Assembly (NCBI GenBank): GCA_964016885.1
Contig: OZ024756.1
Span: forward strand, 16,368,001-16,432,000
Origin: Eledone cirrhosa
Lineage: Eukaryota
Reading direction: 5' to 3'
Length of the DNA: 64,000 nucleotides
Each line of letters begins with the position of its first letter. The stretch's first letter is position 1. This document shows positions 57,472-64,000 of the stretch, piece after piece. The notes beneath the pieces are model-generated. The model had not been told where the DNA came from and did no database searches. It saw only the letters and a list, made by a program, of their open reading frames with translations. Position numbers and translations under genes: made by a program.

Positions 57472-58064
57472 GCTATATATATATGTAGATAGATATAAAT
57501 ATATATGTTATATATATATGTATATATATATATGCTATATATATATGTAGCTAGATATATATATATATGTTATATATATAGCTAGATATATATATGTTAT
57601 ATATATATATATATTATGCTATATATATATATGCATATAAACATATATATATATGCTATATATATATAAATATATATATAAACACATATATATATATCAT
57701 CATCATTTTACGTCAGCTTTTCCCTGCTTAAACACACATATATATGCATATAAACATATATATATATATAAATATATATATAAACACACACAAATACACA
57801 TATATATGCATATAAACATATATATATATCTAAACACATATATATGCATATAAACATATATATATATATATATGTTATATATATATAAATATATATATAA
57901 ATATATATATATAAACACACACACATATGCATATATATATGCATATAAACATAAATATATATATATAAACACACATATGCATATAAACATAAATATATAT
58001 ATATATAAACACACATATGCATATAAACATATATATATATATATACAAATAACCATATATATAT

Positions 58065-58097
<33 letters not shown>

Positions 58098-59243
58098 CAT
58101 ATAAACATATATATATATATATATACATAAACATATATATATATATGAATATATATATATATATATAAACACACATATGCATATAAACATATATATATAA
58201 ACACACATATGCATATAAACATATATATATGTTTTCTATACCTTTCATTTATATATATATATATATACACACACATATATATATATATACATATAAAGAT
58301 ATATATATATATATATACATATAAACATATATATATATATATACATAAACATATATATATATATGAATATATATATATAAATATATAAAAAATATATATA
58401 TATATAAAAATATATAAAAATAATTATATATTATATATATATATAAAATATATAAAAATATATAAAAATATATATATAATGTATTTATATATATATATAT
58501 ATATATATAAACACATAAATATACATATCATCATCATCATCATTTTATATATATATAAATATTTAAACATATATATAAATATATAAATACACATATATAT
58601 ATATATAAACATATATATATATAAATATTTATATATATAAAAACATATATATATATAAATATATATATATAAATATATAAACATATATACATATATATAT
58701 ATATATAAAAAAACATATATATATATATTTATATATATATAAATATATATATATATATAAACATATATATAAACATATATATATATATATATATATAAAC
58801 ATATATATATATATATAAACATATATATTTATGTATAATGCATATCTACACTTAAACACACACACACACACATGCCAATATGCATACAGGCATGCATAAG
58901 TGAGTGAGTGAGTGAGCGTATGTATATGTGTGTATATAAATAAGTGTGTGTGTGTGTGTGTATGTGAATATGTGTATATATGTATGTGAATGTGTGGGGT
59001 GGGGGGAGACTAGCTCAGGAGTTGTTCCCTTGGCAGAATGGCTTGTTTTAAAATGGGAACACAAACACAATTTCTTCTTCCCCCACACCTAACCCATTCT
59101 TCTATGTGTGCGTGTAAGTGTGTGTGCGTGTGTATGTGTAAGTGTGTGTACGTGTAAGTGTGTGTATGTGTGTAGGTCTATGTTTATGAGTCTGAGCGTG
59201 CTAGAAAGTGTATGCATACATGTCTGTGTGTGCAAATGTCTGA

Positions 59244-59331
<88 letters not shown>

Positions 59332-59348
59332 AATACACATATACATAC

Positions 59349-59425
<77 letters not shown>

Positions 59426-59517
59426 CATACAGATATTTATATATATATATATATATCATCATCATCATCGTTTATGGACGTTAAACGATGATGATGATGA
59501 TGATGATATATACATAC

Positions 59518-59555
<38 letters not shown>

Positions 59556-59968
59556 CACACACACACACACGCATATACATATATACACACACATAAACAC
59601 GTGCTAACACCAATACGTCCACACTCAGGCGCACACATATACAAATACAGACACACACATATATATATATATATAGATATATGTGTGTGTATGTTTATAT
59701 ATATATATGTATATATGTGTGTGTGTGTTGCCTGCTGGAGACATCGTATTAAATATTTGGGAAGAAGAAAGAAAGAGTGTGAGAGAGAAAGAGAGAAGAA
59801 AAAGAAGCAGGGAGTGAGTAGTGGGAAGCAATGGTTTGCTGTAGGCTGACTGTTTCCTTATAGTCAATGGGGGAAAGCAAAAATTAGTAAAAATGTTACA
59901 CACACACACACACACAAATATGTATATAGCATACACACATACACACATACACACACATATATATATAA

Positions 59969-60001
<33 letters not shown>

Positions 60002-60114
60002 CGTGTAAATGTGTACATACCTATATGAATGCTTTATATAATTATATATATATATATATAAATAAATAGGTGAAATATATACATATATGTATGCATATAT
60101 ATGTATACAAAATA

Positions 60115-60170
<56 letters not shown>

Positions 60171-60352
60171 TATATACATACCATTATATATATATATATA
60201 TAAAGCATTCATATAGGTATGTATACATTTACACACACACACATATATATATACATAAACAGAGAAAGCCTTAAGCGATATATATATATATATATATAAT
60301 GGTATGTATGTATCTATCTATCTATCTATATATAGATAGATACATACATACC

Positions 60353-60411
<59 letters not shown>

Positions 60412-60688
60412 CTTAAGGCTTTCTCTGTTTATGTATAGTATATATATATATATATTTATTTATATGTGTGTGCGTATATCTTAACTGTGACAAGCATCTG
60501 TTCAGTTGTTCCACAACTGATTGGAGATTGTTTGGGGTTATAACGTTGGTGGAAAAGTTTCCACCTCTACAGAAACAATATCGGAACACACACATATATA
60601 TATATATATGATGGACTCTCGCGTCCATTTGACCCATGAGGGGTCGATAGTCTCGTCAGTTCATTGCCTTGTGTTTATACCTCAAATG

Positions 60689-60762
<74 letters not shown>

Positions 60763-60952
60763 GGAGCTTCTACAGGACTAGTACTGTTTCATTCAGATGA
60801 ACTCTTCAGGAAGCTCCTGAATATTTCATCTGAATGAAACAGTACTAGTCCTGTAGAAGCTCCTTCTATAAAATAAAAAAATTTTACTCTGCCATGTATT
60901 GAGTACCTTACTTACTGTGGTTATCCCCGACTCAACCCGGGACCTACGTATA

Positions 60953-60986
<34 letters not shown>

Positions 60987-61075
60987 ACGTAAAAGGTAAA
61001 CAGAAATAACAACACAATTGGAACAGTATATGGAAGGTATATATTAGGTTAACGCTTGATGTAGCAGGAAGAGGG

Positions 61076-61111
61076 TCTTAACGTTTCGGACGCCAGTCCT
61101 TCATCAGAAGA
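61076..61111 (-). ncRNA. Minimal hammerhead ribozyme, same family as 47457
   Basis: UCUU-CUGAUGA-AGGAC-UGGC-GUCC-GAAAC-GUU-AAGA. Confidence 0.82.
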
Positions 61112-61912
61112 AACAATGAGAAATAAGATAGATTGAGGGGACGGGCGGGTTGGAATTGGAAAAAATGTCTTTAGATAAAAATAACAGGTCCGTTCATGTT
61201 GACATCTCTTGCAAATATATATATATATATATAATTGTTTCTACTTTAGGCACAAGGCCAGCAATTACCCAGTGCATTACTGGTACTTTATTTTATCGAC
61301 CCCGTAAGGATGAAAGGCAAAGTCAACCTCGGCGGGATTTGAACTCAGATCGTAAAGGGACGTAACTATGCTGGAAAGCATGACGTCCGACCCTCTACCG
61401 ATACTGCCAATCCACCGCCCTATATATATATAATATCGACCATGTAGGGATAAAAGACAAAGCTACCTCGACTTTCCTAATGATTTCCTGCGCATGAAAC
61501 AGTTCTAGTCCCGTAGAAGTCATTTCTATATTAAATCTTGTTGTATATACTCTACTAATGTATTGAGTACCTTACTGTGGTTACCTCCGTTTGAACCCGG
61601 TACTCACAAACATACATATATACATATACAATATATTAACAAATGGAAACTATATTTATAAAACCATATTTATTTCATTATACATATTTCAAGGGCCACC
61701 AAGGCAAACTATGGTGCGTTTTCATCAGATAAAATATAATATAGGTTAGTTTTATAAATAAATACTGACATACCCTTAAAAATGCAACCATTCTGGTTGG
61801 AATCTTCCATTTGTTAATATATTGTATATTTACTCCAATAATTTGTTGAGTGCTTTATATCAGTTATAAAAATATTTTGCTTGTTGTATTCCAACAAATT
61901 AAATATAACCTC

Positions 61913-61967
<55 letters not shown>

Positions 61968-62064
61968 CGTTTCTGAATTTGTTTAGCAAGATTCTGGTGC
62001 ATGTGTTTCTTATTGGCAACATGACCCTCCCAAAGTATAACAATATAGACTTACACGGAAAAAG

Positions 62065-62147
62065 ACTTTCCTGATGACGGAATGATTTTCAATATGTTTC
62101 TTCGGAAAATATATTTACTCCATTCCAGAAACTAATTAGTTGGAAGT
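62065..62147 (+). ncRNA. Hammerhead ribozyme, canonical core
   Basis: ACUUUC-CUGAUGA-C-GGAAUG..CAUUCC-A-GAAAC-UAAUUA-GUU-GGAAGU. Confidence 0.8.
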
Positions 62148-62315
62148 GATTTTTTAGTAAGTAAGTTAATTTTATAATTTTCTTATTTTACGTCTCTCAT
62201 ATTATTGTTCTGCAACCCCATGCATTGAACCACAATGTTAATAAGACAAAACCTATATATTTGCTAGCATTGATATGCATCTGTGTGTATATAAATGTTA
62301 CTAGATATAAATTCC

Positions 62316-62346
<31 letters not shown>

Positions 62347-62352
62347 GTAACG

Positions 62353-62477
62353 TGTTTCTGAAGGAGACGGTCGATCGGACAGGAATCTCAAGACTAGAAA
62401 TAGTTAATGACCTAACTGTGCTAGTCGCTACATCGATCTTCCAGGATCACTCGAGTCTCTGAAACGTTCGTAAAACA
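62353..62477 (+). ncRNA. Hammerhead-like motif with branched stem II insertion of about 85 nt
   Basis: UGUUU-CUGAAG-GAGAC..GUCUC-U-GAAAC-GUUC-GUA-AAACA; A9 missing or substituted. Confidence 0.65.
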
Positions 62478-63143
62478 ATGAACTACTTTACTTATTTTCA
62501 TTGTCCTATTCACAAACACATATATGTGTGCACATATATATATATATATAAGTTATTCCGGGTTGAATCGGAGGTAACCACAGTAAGTAAGGTACTCAAT
62601 ACATAGCAGAGTATAAAAATTTTAATATAGAAGAGCTTCTACAGGACTAGAACTGTTTCATTCGGGTAGTCCTGTAGAAGCTCTTCTATATTAAAACTTA
62701 TATATATATATATATATATATCATAAAACATGTCCATAGAATCACCAGATAAAATATATACCATTTCCTCTCCCATATATATATATATATACACACACAC
62801 ACATATATCATTTCATTTTATGTCCACTTTTCCCTGCTTGCAAGGGTGGGACGGGAACTGATTCTGGCTTGATTTCTACAGCAGGATGCCCTTCCTAACA
62901 CCAACCTCATTTACAGTGAGTGCTGAGTGCTTTTTTGCCGTGGCACCTCCACGACCACTTTGCAGTGGAATGATAGGGACCCCAGTCCCTATCATCTCAT
63001 TTCTACAGCTGAGTAAACTGGAGCAATGTGAAATAAAGTGTCTTGCTCAAGGAAACAACACATCACCCGGTCTGAGAATTGAACTCACAACCTTTTGATT
63101 GCAAGGCCAATGCTCTAACCACTAAACCATGTGCCTACAGAAA

Positions 63144-63446
<303 letters not shown>

Positions 63447-63447
63447 G

Positions 63448-63637
<190 letters not shown>

Positions 63638-63700
63638 CATATATACATATATATATATATACATATATACATATATACATATATATATATATATACATAT

Positions 63701-63772
<72 letters not shown>

Positions 63773-63894
63773 GTATATATAATATACATATATATGTATA
63801 TATATATATATATATATGTATATGTATATATAAATATATATATATATGTATATATATATATATGTATATGTATATATAAATATATATATATATG

Positions 63895-63996
<102 letters not shown>

Positions 63997-64000
63997 TATA

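Overview
Eukaryotic, AT-rich, microsatellite-saturated genomic DNA; the SINE families and (TA)n load look like an octopod cephalopod (inference). The one clear host gene is the 3' half of an ABCC/MRP1-type ABC transporter on the + strand: 12 GT-AG exons from 304 to the stop at 29750, all phase-compatible, covering linker, TMD2 and NBD2. The rest is transposon-derived: RTE-clade, CR1-like and L1/Tx1-like LINE fragments, a Penelope-like element (PLE) with GIY-YIG endonuclease, a deleted mariner, a deleted Helitron, TTAA MITEs, several SINE families and many minisatellites. Main observations: (1) about 20 hammerhead-ribozyme motifs of many different architectures, roughly 8 canonical or near-canonical, in short non-coding islands mostly beside (TA)n tracts, one intact in sense orientation inside an ABCC intron; (2) about 50 tandem 39-bp copies of the real 3' splice site of an ABCC exon, whose use would give an in-frame stop and most of which can hide their AG in a small hairpin; (3) a decayed duplicate of an exon end with a dead donor; (4) repeated local tandem amplification inside unrelated transposons. 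All calls were made by eye; no searches or folding programs were run.
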